Assembly: GCF_032191835.1 (NCBI RefSeq)
Contig: NC_083239.1
Coordinates: 30,442,001 to 30,506,000 of the forward strand
Reading direction: 5' to 3'
DNA from: Heteronotia binoei
Lineage: Eukaryota
Length of the DNA stretch: 64,000 bases
Every line of letters begins with the position of its first letter. Position 1 is the first letter of the stretch. Both the position numbers and the translations under genes were made by a program. This document shows, one piece after another, positions 35,906-46,470 of the stretch. A model generated the notes under the pieces. It did no database searches and was not told the origin of the DNA. It worked only from the letters and a program-made list of their open reading frames with translations.

Positions 35906-36759
35906 AGAGACCAGGCACAATACAAATTGACATTATATCCATAGGTTTACTGCACTCTGTAATGTTAAGCATGCCTACTCCAAAGTAGGTCTCGCTGAAT
36001 TCAGTGGAACTTAATCTAGGTCTGTCTTTTATCACTGTGCTGATTTTTAAGCTTATTTTTTTTCTTAAGACAATGAGTGTCTCATACTGTTTAATGCTCC
36101 TTTGCACAAAAAGCTCCCTGCGAGAAGAAAACAAAGTAAGATGTGGGATGGGCCAGATTGTATCACCCATATGTTACCTTTTCAACTGCAGGGAGCTTCT
36201 GCATGTCACATCCCCCAACAAGATTCCCTTTCATCACTCTTTCTTTCTGTGATAGGTGCCTCCTATGGGATGGATGGCAACAACTGTCTTCTTTGGATGA
36301 CATCACTAAAAAATGGCTTGGAGGGCACAGTGGCGCTACTAGGAAATGGATTTTTATTAAGTTTTACAGTATTTGAATGCACTTTGTATTTTACCGTGTT
36401 GAAAACTGTAGGATATTATATTGAAAGATGGTGTTTGAATAAACTAATAAATGGAGCTTACAATTCTATGCATATTTACTTGAGAGTGGATCCTATTGAA
36501 CTCAAGAAATACATGCACAAAAAAAGTTTCCAAGGGTAGCCATGTTGGTCTGTAGTAGAACTACCAAATTCGAGTCCTGCAGCACCTTAGAGTCCAACAA
36601 GATTTTTTTTTGGGGGGGGGGGTACAAGTTTTTGAGAGTCAAAGCTCCCTTTGCCAGATATATGATGAAGGGAGCTTTGACTCACGATAGGGTTGCCAGC
36701 TCCAGGTTGGGAGCCTGAGGAGGGCAGGGTTTCAGGAGGAGCTGCAATGGGGTATAATA

Positions 36760-37009
36760 GAAGAAGAAGATATTGGATTTATATCCCGCCCTCCACTCCA
36801 TTTACCTTCCTCCCCCACAACAGACACCCTGTGAGGTGGGTGGGGCTGGAGAGGGCTCTCACAGCAGCTGCCCTTTCAAGGACAACCTCTGCCAGAGCTA
36901 TGGCTGACCCACGGCCATTCCAGCAGGTGCAAGTGGAGGAGTGGGGAATCAAACCCGGTTCTCCCAGATAAGAGTCCGCACACTTAACCACTACACCAAA
37001 CTGGCTCTC
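36760..37009 (-). mobile_element. tRNA-derived SINE (Squam3-type)
   Basis: (GAA)n tail at 36760; head 'ccactacaccaaactggctctc'; CpGs largely intact. Confidence 0.9.
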
Positions 37010-37024
37010 CATAATGCCATGTAG

Positions 37025-37345
37025 TCATAGAATCATAGAGTTGGAAGGGACCTCCAGGGTCATCTAGTTCAACCCCCTGCAGGAACTTTAGATACCTCCC
37101 CCCCCCATCCCCAGTGTCCCCTGCTCCATGACCAGAAGATGGCAACAACCTCCAGGATTCCTTGCTAAAGTGGCCTCGAGAAAAATTGCTGACCGAACCC
37201 AAATCGACAATCAGCATTTCCCTGGCCATGTAAGAAAGCCGAGGCCTTCCCTTATGTTGCCTCCTGGCTCTGAGATCATGGGATCTGGGATCATACCCTT
37301 GAACATGGAGGTTCCCCTCAGTCACCATGGCTAGTCGCCACTGAT
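37025..37345 (-). mobile_element. CR1 LINE 3' end
   Basis: 'tcatagaatcatagagttggaaggg' is the reverse complement of the CR1 (ATTCTATG) tail. Confidence 0.75.
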
Positions 37346-37565
37346 AATCATAGTTGCCTGGAGATCAACTATAAGCCTTGGAGATCTCCAGCCTCTATCT
37401 GGAGGTTGGTAGCTCTACCACAGAAACTTATCCCTCAAAAACCTTGTTTGTTTTTAAGGTGCTACTGGACTCAAATCTAGGTTAAAGAAGGTTTTGAGAA
37501 CACATTTAGGCCTCCTCTGCTGGGCTTGTTCTACATCCAAGACACTGTCACCCACTTCTGACCTA

Positions 37566-37905
37566 CCATAGAATCATAGAGTTGGAAGAGACCTCCAGGA
37601 ATATCTAGTCTAACCCCCTGTACAATACAGGAAAATCACAAATACCTCTTCCCCCACCCACCCATACATCCTCAGTGACTCCTGCTCCATGCCCAGAAGA
37701 TAGCAAAAACCTGCAGGACCCCTGGCCAAACTAACCTGGAGAAAAATTGCTGACCCCAAAGTGTCATTCAGCATTTCTATGGGTGTGTAAGAAAGGGCCA
37801 CAAGAACCAAGCACTAATGCAACCCTTCCTGCCCTCCTTCTCATAGCCTGCCTAAGTCCACAGAATCAGACTTGCTGTCACATGGCCACCTAATCTTAAG
37901 GCCCC
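37566..37905 (-). mobile_element. CR1 LINE 3' end (same subfamily as 37025-37345)
   Basis: 'catagaatcatagagttggaagagacc..ctgctccatgcccagaaga..gaaaaattgctgacc'. Confidence 0.75.
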
Positions 37906-37920
37906 ACAAGTCACTGTAGC

Positions 37921-38223
37921 CAGGGGTGGCCAAACTGTGGCTCAGGAGCCACATGTTGCTTTTCCACACATATCTATACACATACTGTGTGGCTCTCGAA
38001 GCTCCCAATGCCCCACTGGCCAGCTTAGAGAAGGCATTTCTCTCTTTAAATCACTTATTCAAGCAAGCTGGGGGCTTGGAGAATGCATTTAAAGTTGCTT
38101 TCTTTCTGCCTCTCACTCCCCATCTTCCCTCCCTCCAACATTTGACGTTCATGTCTTGTGGCTCTCAAACATTTGACGTTTATTCTACGTGGCTCTTAAA
38201 CTAATCAAATTTGGCCACCTCCG
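37921..38223. mobile_element. hAT MITE (CAGGGGTGGCCAAAC family) abutting the ATP5IF1 promoter
   Basis: Colinear with 20802-21051; TIRs present. Confidence 0.85.
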
Positions 38224-38427
38224 CTCTAGCCCCTCTCTTCGCAGCATCTCTATGCTCTCTCCTTCCGCCGTCTTCCACACCTCCTTCGGACGCACGACAT
38301 TACATGCCCTGCTTCTTGACGCTCTGATTGGCCCTTGCCTTTCCCCCTCCTTTTCCGCCGTCAACCCGGAAAAAGTCTCCTGCGTTGGGCACGGTTGCTT
38401 CTCATCCCCGCCAAGGGCAGATCAGAG
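38224..38427 (+). promoter_or_regulatory. ATP5IF1: ATP5IF1 core promoter/5' UTR, CpG island start
   Basis: CpG-rich; inverted CCAAT (CTGATTGG 38324-38331); CCGGAA ETS core. Confidence 0.7.
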
Positions 38428-38526
38428 ATGGCTGCGGTGGGGTTTGCGTTGAGGAGTTGTCTGCGCGGGGCTCTGGCTTTACCGCACCAACAACGGGCCT
38501 GGAACTCGGGTTCCGGCGCCGACCAG
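38428..38526 (+). CDS. ATP5IF1: ATP5IF1 exon 1
   Basis: [33 protein letters not shown]|gtatgg. Confidence 0.93.
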
Positions 38527-41267
38527 GTATGGCAAGGGCCGGTTCCCTTTCCTGGAGCTCGGGAGAGGTTGCTTTCCCCCGGGCAAGGCGGAGGAGCCGA
38601 GCGCTGCAGGGTGTGAGGAGAGAGCCGCGGCGCCCGGTGTTGTTCCTTCTCCTTCCCGTCCCTTTCTCTCTTTTCTTCAGTTAGGTGAACTGGGCAAAGG
38701 TGTGGGTAAAGGCGGCGGAGGAGGCGGAACGATCCGCGAGGCTGGCGGCGCCTTCGGGAAACGAGAGGCGGCCGCGGAAGAGCGCTATTTCAAGTAGGTG
38801 TTTCTTGTTGTTGGCGAGCTGGGGCAGCAGAGCCTCAGGCTGGAGTTGAAACTTGTAGCACTGGAAAGGCGAAATAATGCACTTGCAATCCATTTTCAGT
38901 GCACTTTCCAACTGGATTTTGTCAGTTCACACAAGCAAAATCCACTTGGAAAGTGCATTGAAAGTGCACTATTTAGTGTGTGTGCTTACAGCCAAGCTGC
39001 AGTATATTGGTTCGTCTGAGATGCAACAGGTGTCCATATATTCCCTTTTGCTTTAAATGGCTTGATTATAGGAATATAAGTTAAAGCCTTATTGGACAAG
39101 ACTCGTGTCCCATCTAGACCAATAAGACTATTTTGTTTCACACAGTTGCCCTGGAGAGCTAACAAACGGGGGGGGGGGGGGCCGAGGGCAAGGGCCTCCC
39201 CTGCTGGTGCTGCCTCTGAGCGCTGGTATCCCAAAGTTTGCTTCCTGTGTATATGGAGCCACCATGGCTAGTAGTCTTGAAGATGTCACAGGACTGTTTT
39301 TGTATGTTTCAGTAAATTGGTTTGTGGTATCTTAGTCTGGTGAATGGTAGAGCATTCAAAAATGCTTCTTGCACCTTCAGGAAGGAAGTACTTCTTCACC
39401 CAAAGGGTGATTAACATGTGGAATTCACTGCCACAGGAGGTGGGGGTGGCCACAAGCATAGCCACCTTCAAGAGGGGTTTAGATAAAAATATGGAGCAGA
39501 GGTCCATCAGTGGCTATTAGCCACAGTGTGTGTGTATATATAAATTTTTTTGCCACTGTGTGACACAGAGTGTTGGACTGGATGGGCCATTGGCCTGATC
39601 CAACATGGCTTCTCTTATGTTCTTATGTTCTTATTCAATTTTTGTATGCTTTAATCTATTAATCTTGAGGGTGCTATATGTGGCTTTCTTCAACAATTTG
39701 GTTAGTCTTTAAAACTCTGGAGAGCTCCCTTTTTGTTGTATTTTTTTTTTGTTATGTTTTAGTGTCAGCCTTAAAGTACTGCAAGGATTCCATTTGATTT
39801 GCTGCAGTGGACTATTCATGGCCTGCTAAATGTCTGCCCTCCCACCCTGCTTTGTGGAGAACTCACTTTGTTTAATGTTTGTTATGCTATTGAAGGCAAT
39901 TAGGACATATAGTGCCTTTATATTGGCTCAGGTCACTGGTTCATGTAGGTCAGTCACATAGAAGTCTCTTCCAGCACCTGATTCATGACATACTTTAAAA
40001 GGGGATGACAGGGCATTTAGCCCAGAAATTTCTTCAACACAGTCTCTCACCTCCCTTTTAAATTTCACTAGATGGATGGGTGAGTTCTCTGTTCCTTGAC
40101 ACCTAGTTGTTAACAGTAGTTTTGCAAACACATTGAGAACTGGAGGTGTCTGACCCTTTTACAAACTTGTTATTCTCTGGTGTTTCCTTTTTGGATGCCG
40201 TTGCAACCAGATTGCTTCTGAAGGATTTGAGGCAGAGCATAGGGTCTTTAAACATTCTGGGGATCTAGAGGCCTTAGGTCAATAGAGCAATATTGTTTGC
40301 TCAGGACAAGCATTGCTTATATATTATTTTGCCTTACTCTTTCTGATCAAAATTGTATTTAGGAACACTGTTTCTTCATAAAAAGTGATTTATGCCACTG
40401 TTTTACATGCTTATTTGTAATAACAGTCTGGGCTGAGGCTGCAATCCTAGATGCATTTATTCAGATGCATTATTGAAATTGGTTGCAAACCAAGTAAGCT
40501 TGTTTAGGAATGTACAACATCCACTGAAAATATTTAGTGACAAGCATTTTCTCCTGTTCTCATGTGTTGTGCAAGAATAATATTTTATTTTAAATAATTC
40601 CATGTTTTAAGTCAAAGAATAAGGAGGTTTATCTTTGGAACAGACCTGCATAATGCATGTTCCACAATGTCAGCCTTACCCCACCCCATCCCAGCATGTT
40701 GCAGTCTGCTAGATGTTCGACAACTCCCCTTTTTTTAGGCAGCAAAAGTAATCCACTGTACATGGCTGGCATTTCTCATTCAGCTTGGTGGGTCATAATC
40801 TAAAGATGTGCTGTTGGAAGAAAAAATGCAGGGCTTGAATTCTGTGGTCAAAGTTTATCAAATAATGTTAGCTTTTTGATAGCCCTATTACATTAACAGG
40901 ACTGATGGCCTTGAGTCCAGCCCATGAAAGATTGTATACATGGCTATGAAAAGTGGACTGTCTAGAGCTGTCATAACACAGATCTTGAACAGCTGTGCTA
41001 AGTGCTGTGTGTCTTAAGTGGGAGATGGAACAGCATTTGTATTCACTCTTCTGTTCCATAAGTGCTCTTTATCCAAACTTTTTTTTAAAAAAAGATGCTC
41101 CAAGGCAATTAATACCATACCATTACAGGGAGAAAGAGAGAGAACAGCTGGCTAGTCTGAGAAAACACCATGAAGAGGAAATCAGTCACCACAAGAAAGA
41201 AATAGAACGTCTGCAGAAGGAAATTGAACGTCACAAGTACAAGATCAAGAAGCTGGATGATGATTAA
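38428..41267 (+). CDS. ATP5IF1: ATP synthase inhibitory factor 1, mitochondrial; complete 3-exon CDS, 116 aa
   Basis: join(38428-38526,38681-38793,41129-41267) = 351 nt; presequence, [12 protein letters not shown] motif, KHHEEEI coiled coil; GT-AG junctions. Confidence 0.97.
38681..38793 (+). CDS. ATP5IF1: ATP5IF1 exon 2
   Basis: [37 protein letters not shown](K), long pyrimidine tract upstream. Confidence 0.96.
39379..39632 (+). mobile_element. CR1 LINE 3' end
   Basis: [30 protein letters not shown]2 end; (TTCTTATG) tail. Confidence 0.88.
41129..41267 (+). CDS. ATP5IF1: ATP5IF1 exon 3
   Basis: [45 protein letters not shown]. Confidence 0.97.
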
Positions 41268-41376
41268 GTGGCTGGGGGTGCCCTTGTTGACGTGTTGCAC
41301 ATCCGGCAATGCTTTGAAGATGGCGATGTCAGATGACGTTTGAGAATTTGCCTTTATCACAGTGTGCAAATTGTGA

Positions 41377-41382
41377 AATAAA
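41377..41382 (+). terminator. ATP5IF1: ATP5IF1 polyadenylation signal AATAAA
   Basis: 110 nt after the stop codon; GT/T-rich sequence downstream. Confidence 0.75.
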
Positions 41383-41494
41383 ATAATTTACTCTCTTTCC
41401 GAGTCAGTGTCTTCACTGTGAAATATTTGTTGCATGTCTATTCTCAGTTATATTTCATAGTGTCTCTTAGTGGCTTGCTATATACTTAATTGGC

Positions 41495-41670
41495 TTGACC
41501 TGGATGGCCCAGGCTAATGCGATGCTATCAGATCTCAGAAATGAAGCAGGGTTGGCCCTGGTCAGTATTCACATGGGAGACCACCAAGGAAGTCCAGGGT
41601 CGCCGCACAGGGAAAGACAACAGCAAACCACCTCTGAGCATCTTTTGCCTTGAAAATCCCTACTTGATGA
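41495..41670 (+). mobile_element. 5S rRNA-headed SINE
   Basis: 'gacctggatggcccaggcta..gatctcagaaatgaagcagggttggccctggtcagta'. Confidence 0.8.
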
Positions 41671-42679
41671 TGCTTTTCATCACACAGTTAATTAGCCAAC
41701 TCTCTGCTTATAGTGCTAGAATGCAGTTTTAAGGCTTTGATATTGCCAGAATGGTCGTTCTTACTGTATAGTTGTATTTTTGATGTCAGTTGAGGTGGTG
41801 AAATATCGTTTCTGTATCAGTGTAATATAGGTCTTGAATGGAAACGTGAATGCAAGTAGGAAGCCTAAAGAACAGACAAGTTGTGTTGAGCAGTTATAGT
41901 AGTCAAAGAATGACTTAAGTCAGGAGTTTTTCACCCAGATCAATTTCATATTTCATGTGCCTGCCTTTTTAAATAATGGGTTAGGTATTAATTGGAGTTC
42001 TAAATTATGTATTTATGAGACGTAGATACTGCTTGAGGCAATTTAGCAAGGTGGAAAAGAAAACAAGACCATAACAAACATAACAATTATCAGTGGTAAA
42101 ACAAGACCAAGAACAGCTTTCAGCCTGGAAGCAAACAATAAGAACTGCTCAAAGCCTTCAGCTAAAAACCTAGATTAAAAGAAAGGTTTTGGGTGTGGTT
42201 CCTCAGTAATATAAAGTAGCCCTCAGGCAAGCTTTGGGGAGGGGGAGAATATTCTGAAGGTAAGGCCTCATCACTGAAAATCCTATCTTTTGTTGCCATC
42301 TACTTCATCTCTGCAGGCCAAGAGCACAGCTGTACTTGAGAAGTATCTCTTAACTGAGAGTCTGGACAGTATAAGAGGGGGTGGTCCTTAGCCCCTTAAA
42401 GGTTAAAAAAAAAACCCCTAGAACTTCAGATTGGGGTTGGAGCCTGGCAGCTGCCAGTGCAGATGCTTTGCCTTAAGGATAATATGATTCCCTGTATCCA
42501 GCCCCCAGCAATTGCTTGGCTTCTGTATTTTGCAAAGTTTTCAAAGGAAAGCCCCCTGTAGCAGGCATTACAGTAATCTAACCAAAATGTGCTCAGAACA
42601 TGGATCACTGTAGCTCAGTATTACTTTTTAAAAAAATGGAGGGGGGGGTCTGCACCTGGAAGTCATGGCAACTTCTGGT

Positions 42680-42850
42680 GACTGACCCATACTGGGGGGC
42701 TGGAGGATATTCAGAGAGGAGGCTGAATCAAGCCAGCCCCTGTCCTCCCAACTTGGTATTTCAAGGAGGTCTCTCATCCAAGTACTTGCCAGAGTTGACC
42801 CTGCTTAGCTTTTAAGATCAGGCTTGCCTGGGCTCTCCATGTCAGGGCTG
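42680..42850 (-). mobile_element. 5S rRNA-headed SINE, degenerate
   Basis: 'ctctcatccaagtact..ccctgcttagctt..gatcaggc'. Confidence 0.65.
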
Positions 42851-44423
42851 GAACCCAATATTTCTGTTATATGAAAAAAAAACTATGTACATACAGACTA
42901 CAACACAGGCGTTAACCATTTTTAATTCGTTCATTTATACCCCACCTTTCTCTCCATTGGGAACTCAAAGCAGCTTGCATCTTTTTTTCATTTTATCCTT
43001 ACAAGTAAGTGAGGGGGAAGAGTGGGTGACTGGCCCAAAGTCAGCCAGCAAGCTACTATGGCAGAGTGGAGATTTGAGCCTGGGCGTCTTGGATCCTTGT
43101 CTAACAGTTATATCACACTGGCTTTCTCATGTGAATCGGTGTACCTACACAATTACTTCCTAAGATGCTACTGGAGGATTAGGTGCTACTACCACAGGTC
43201 CCAAACATGTCTGTCAGGTCTATAATGCAAACTTGGAATAATTTCCAATGAAATTCATCGCAGATGGTGGCTATTTCTGGGTCTTCATATTCCAACTGTA
43301 CTGCAGGCTCTATAGCTGAAATGAATGCTGCAGTTTTCTGTATAGAATGCCTGTTTGTATCTTTCATTGCTATACCTGTGTGACCTTTTACATGATTCAG
43401 AAAGCTATCATCTGTAGAGTTCCTTATAAAATCTCATTGGTCTCTTAAGGTGCTAACTGACGCACATCTAGCTGTATGTAGACAGTGATTCTCTAATAGT
43501 CTTTCAATTCTTATGTGATGAAGTGTGGATACACATGAAAGCTTATACCCAGAATTAAACTGTGTTGGTCTTTAAGGTGCCACCAGACTCAAACTTTTTT
43601 CTAGTTCTTCAGCTTTTACTGTCCAGCATCTGTAGCAAGAGTAGATTCCTCCCTGCCACAACTCTTGATGCGGCTATTCTTTTTCTTGCATTTTGATACA
43701 TGCCAGATGGCAGACAGGATTAGCCTCAATACCTGAAGGGAATGATTCACCGGAGTGCTTTCCTTTCTGTCTGGGAAGCTCTCTAGCATGTGTTTTGAGT
43801 GCCAGCTTCTGTGGCCCTTGTAAGTGGCCTGACACAGGCGATAGAATGAGGTGGCAGAGTTCTGGGTTGGTGGACTTGATCATACTGCTACAGACTACAG
43901 ATATTGGGGAATCCTATTCTTTTTAATCAAAGAAGATCAAAGTTTTGCAAGTAGAAAAGTACCCCAGCAGGAAATGAGATATGTCAGGTCCCCCACCCAT
44001 GATAGCTATTTCCAGGGGGCATTACAACAGTCTTCCTTGTCAGTCTGAAAATATTGTCCATTCTACTAGCTGAGGGAAAATATGGGGTTAAAGGTATTTT
44101 AAATAAAATAAACACCACCTCATTTTGCAGCTGGTATAAACCAGGCCTTTCTTAATGTCTATGGGAGGAGGCACATGTCTATTGTAACGCTGGCAGAGTT
44201 ACAGGACATCTCCAGACTACAGAGATACAATTCCCCTGTAGAAAATGGATGCTTTGTCTGAATGGCAGACTCTATGACATTGTACCTCACTGAAGTTCCT
44301 GTCCTTCCCAGGCTCCACCCCCAAATCTCAAGGAGGTCCAATCTGGATCTGGCAACCTTATCTCCACATCCCTCGCTGGTGACCAGGGAAGACCTGACAA
44401 CCTAATTTCCAGGTGTATGTGAG

Positions 44424-44620
44424 TGGGGCCATGGTTGGCTGGCAGAGCATCTGCTTTGTGTGCATAAGGGCTCAGGTTCAATCCCTGGTATGTCCATTAA
44501 AAGTAGGGTAGGGGAAATGAAAGACCTGAACCTGAGATCATGGAGAGCTGTTTCCAGGCAGAATAAACAATACTGAGCTAGAGAGATCAGTGGCCTAATA
44601 AGGCAGTTTTATGTGTTCAA
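44424..44620 (+). mobile_element. tRNA-derived SINE (Squam2-like)
   Basis: 'ggggccatggttggctggcagagcatctgct..caggttcaatccctgg..cctgagatc..aatactgag'. Confidence 0.65.
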
Positions 44621-44699
44621 ATTGAAGAGTGAGTGAACAGTGAGTACTATAATTAAAAGGATCGTTCAGCTAATTCTGTGTGTGCAAGTGTAAAGGTGC

Positions 44700-44905
44700 C
44701 CAGACCTGGATGATCCTGGCTAGCCTGATCTCGTCAGATCCCGGAAGCTAAGCAGGGTTGGCCCTGCTTAGTATTTGGATGGGAGACCATCAAGGAAGTC
44801 CAAAGTTGTGATGCTGAGGCAGGCAATGGCAAACTACCTATGAATGCTTCTTGCCTTGAAAACCCTGTGGGGTCATCCTGAGTTGGCCATAACTTGACAG
44901 TAAAA
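44700..44905 (+). mobile_element. 5S rRNA-headed SINE (best-preserved head)
   Basis: 'cctgatctcgtcagatcccggaagctaagcagggttggccctgcttagtatttggatgggagacc' closely follows 5S rRNA. Confidence 0.88.
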
Positions 44906-45904
44906 AGTGATGATAGGTTGCAGGGACACACAGCAGCCGATGTGAGCAGCACTCTCAACCCCATCAATAGGATGGAATTAAGAGCTGTTAAATGTGTTAA
45001 ATATTTCTCTCAAGTGTGTTTTTGTTCACTTTTAGAAATAACCACCCTCTGGGCCTATCTGTTTTACCCCAGGGATTGTTCCAAGTTTGAGTGGGATTCC
45101 CTCCCCAGTTTATCTCCTTGTGCACTACACTTGGTGCAGCAGGACAAGGGGAAAAGTGGTGACAGAAAAAAATATATGTGAGGGTGGGTAAGCTTCCTCC
45201 AAAGGACACCCTTCACAACAAGGCTTTGGGTATCTAAGCTGAGTTTCATAGCATTCCATGATCTGGCACAAGTACTTCCTCTACAAAGGAAAAACAATAT
45301 AACCACCACCCTGCCCCGTTTGCAAATAAGCCCTTCGATTTAGCTAAGCATCTCAGTGGATCTCAGGCCCTGTATTTTTGCATGTGGATTTTCCACCTAC
45401 TCTTTCAAGATGTGTAGTGGAGGTGGGCTAGAATCCTCACAGTAACACCCCAGTTTGGTAGGTGTGGCATCCTTAAAAGTCCCACCTCTCTACCAAGGCT
45501 CTGAAGGAATCCTTACAATTTAAGCCTCATGCAACTCTAAAGTGATTGTCAGCCAGCCCATGGAATGCCACCAGATGGGAGTGCGGGATGGGGGAGGTGG
45601 AGGATTGGTGAAGAACAACTCCCCCCCCCTTTTGGACAGAGATTTCAGGGCTCTGGAAAGGAGCATCAGCTTAGACAGGATTTTATTTGGCTTTTTAGTT
45701 AGGGACAAAGGGTTGGTTTAGGGAAGAAAGCTTATTTTTGTGTGACAAATAAGCATCTTGTTAAGGGCCCATCATTCCTAACTGGCGTGTGTAGGTTCTG
45801 AGAGAAAACAGCAACCTTGAACCTGCTGAGGTCACCTGTCCAGAGAGAGGAATTAAATCTCCCCTTGGGTTATTTGCTTTATGTGAGAGCCATCTTTATA
45901 TATC

Positions 45905-46470
45905 TGAACAAAGTTTGAGTCCAGTGGCACCTTTAAGACCAACAGTGTTTTATTCTGGCTATAAGCCGAGCGCAGAATAGATGCTTTCAAACTGTGGTGC
46001 TGAAGAAAACTCTTGAGAATCCCTTGGACCGCAAGAAGATCAAATCAGTCAGTCCTAAGGGAAATCAACCATATGACTGTTCCCTGGAAGGTCAGATGCT
46101 GAAGCTGAAGTTCAAATTGGCCACCAAATGAGAAGGAAGCACTCACTGGAGAAGACCCTGATGCTGGGAAAGACAGAAGGCAAAAGAAGAAGGGGACAGC
46201 AAAAGATGAGATGGCTGCGCAGCGTTACTGATGTAACTAGCATGAATTTGAGCAGACTTTGGAGGATGGTGGAAGACAGGAGGGCCTGGTGTGACTTGGT
46301 CTGTGGGTTCACAGAGTCAGACTTGACTATGCGACTAAACAACAAAAGCTTTCATGTGCATGCACACAGATACAGCTTATACCCAGAATAAAACTTTGTT
46401 GGTCTTAAAGGTGCCACTGGACTCAACCTTTATTCTGCTACTTAAGACCAACATGGTTACCCACCTGGAT
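45905..46470. mobile_element. Penelope-like inverted pair interrupted by BovB
   Basis: 'gagtccagtggcacctttaagaccaac' and inverted 'gttggtcttaaaggtgccactggactc'. Confidence 0.6.
45963..46345 (+). mobile_element. BovB (RTE) LINE 3' end
   Basis: SLEKTLMLGKTEGKRRRGQQKMRWL..VEDRRAW typical of the BovB RT C-terminus; (AAC)n tail. Confidence 0.9.

Larger units (their letters stand above)
36688..37417. mobile_element. TAGGGTTGCCA-family MITE carrying nested Squam3 and CR1 insertions; itself inserted in a Penelope-like fragment (36530-37480)
   Basis: tagggttgccag at 36688, tggtagctcta at 37407-37417; flanks read 'gggagctttgactcacga' and 'gaaacttataccctcaaaa'. Confidence 0.6.

Noticed and set aside
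43179-43367. 62-aa ORF with protein-like composition between ATP5IF1 and HNRNPR
   Set aside because: No recognisable family and no partner exons
44700-44790. 5S rRNA gene
   Set aside because: The 5' end is replaced, there is no oligo-T terminator, and it continues into a SINE tail
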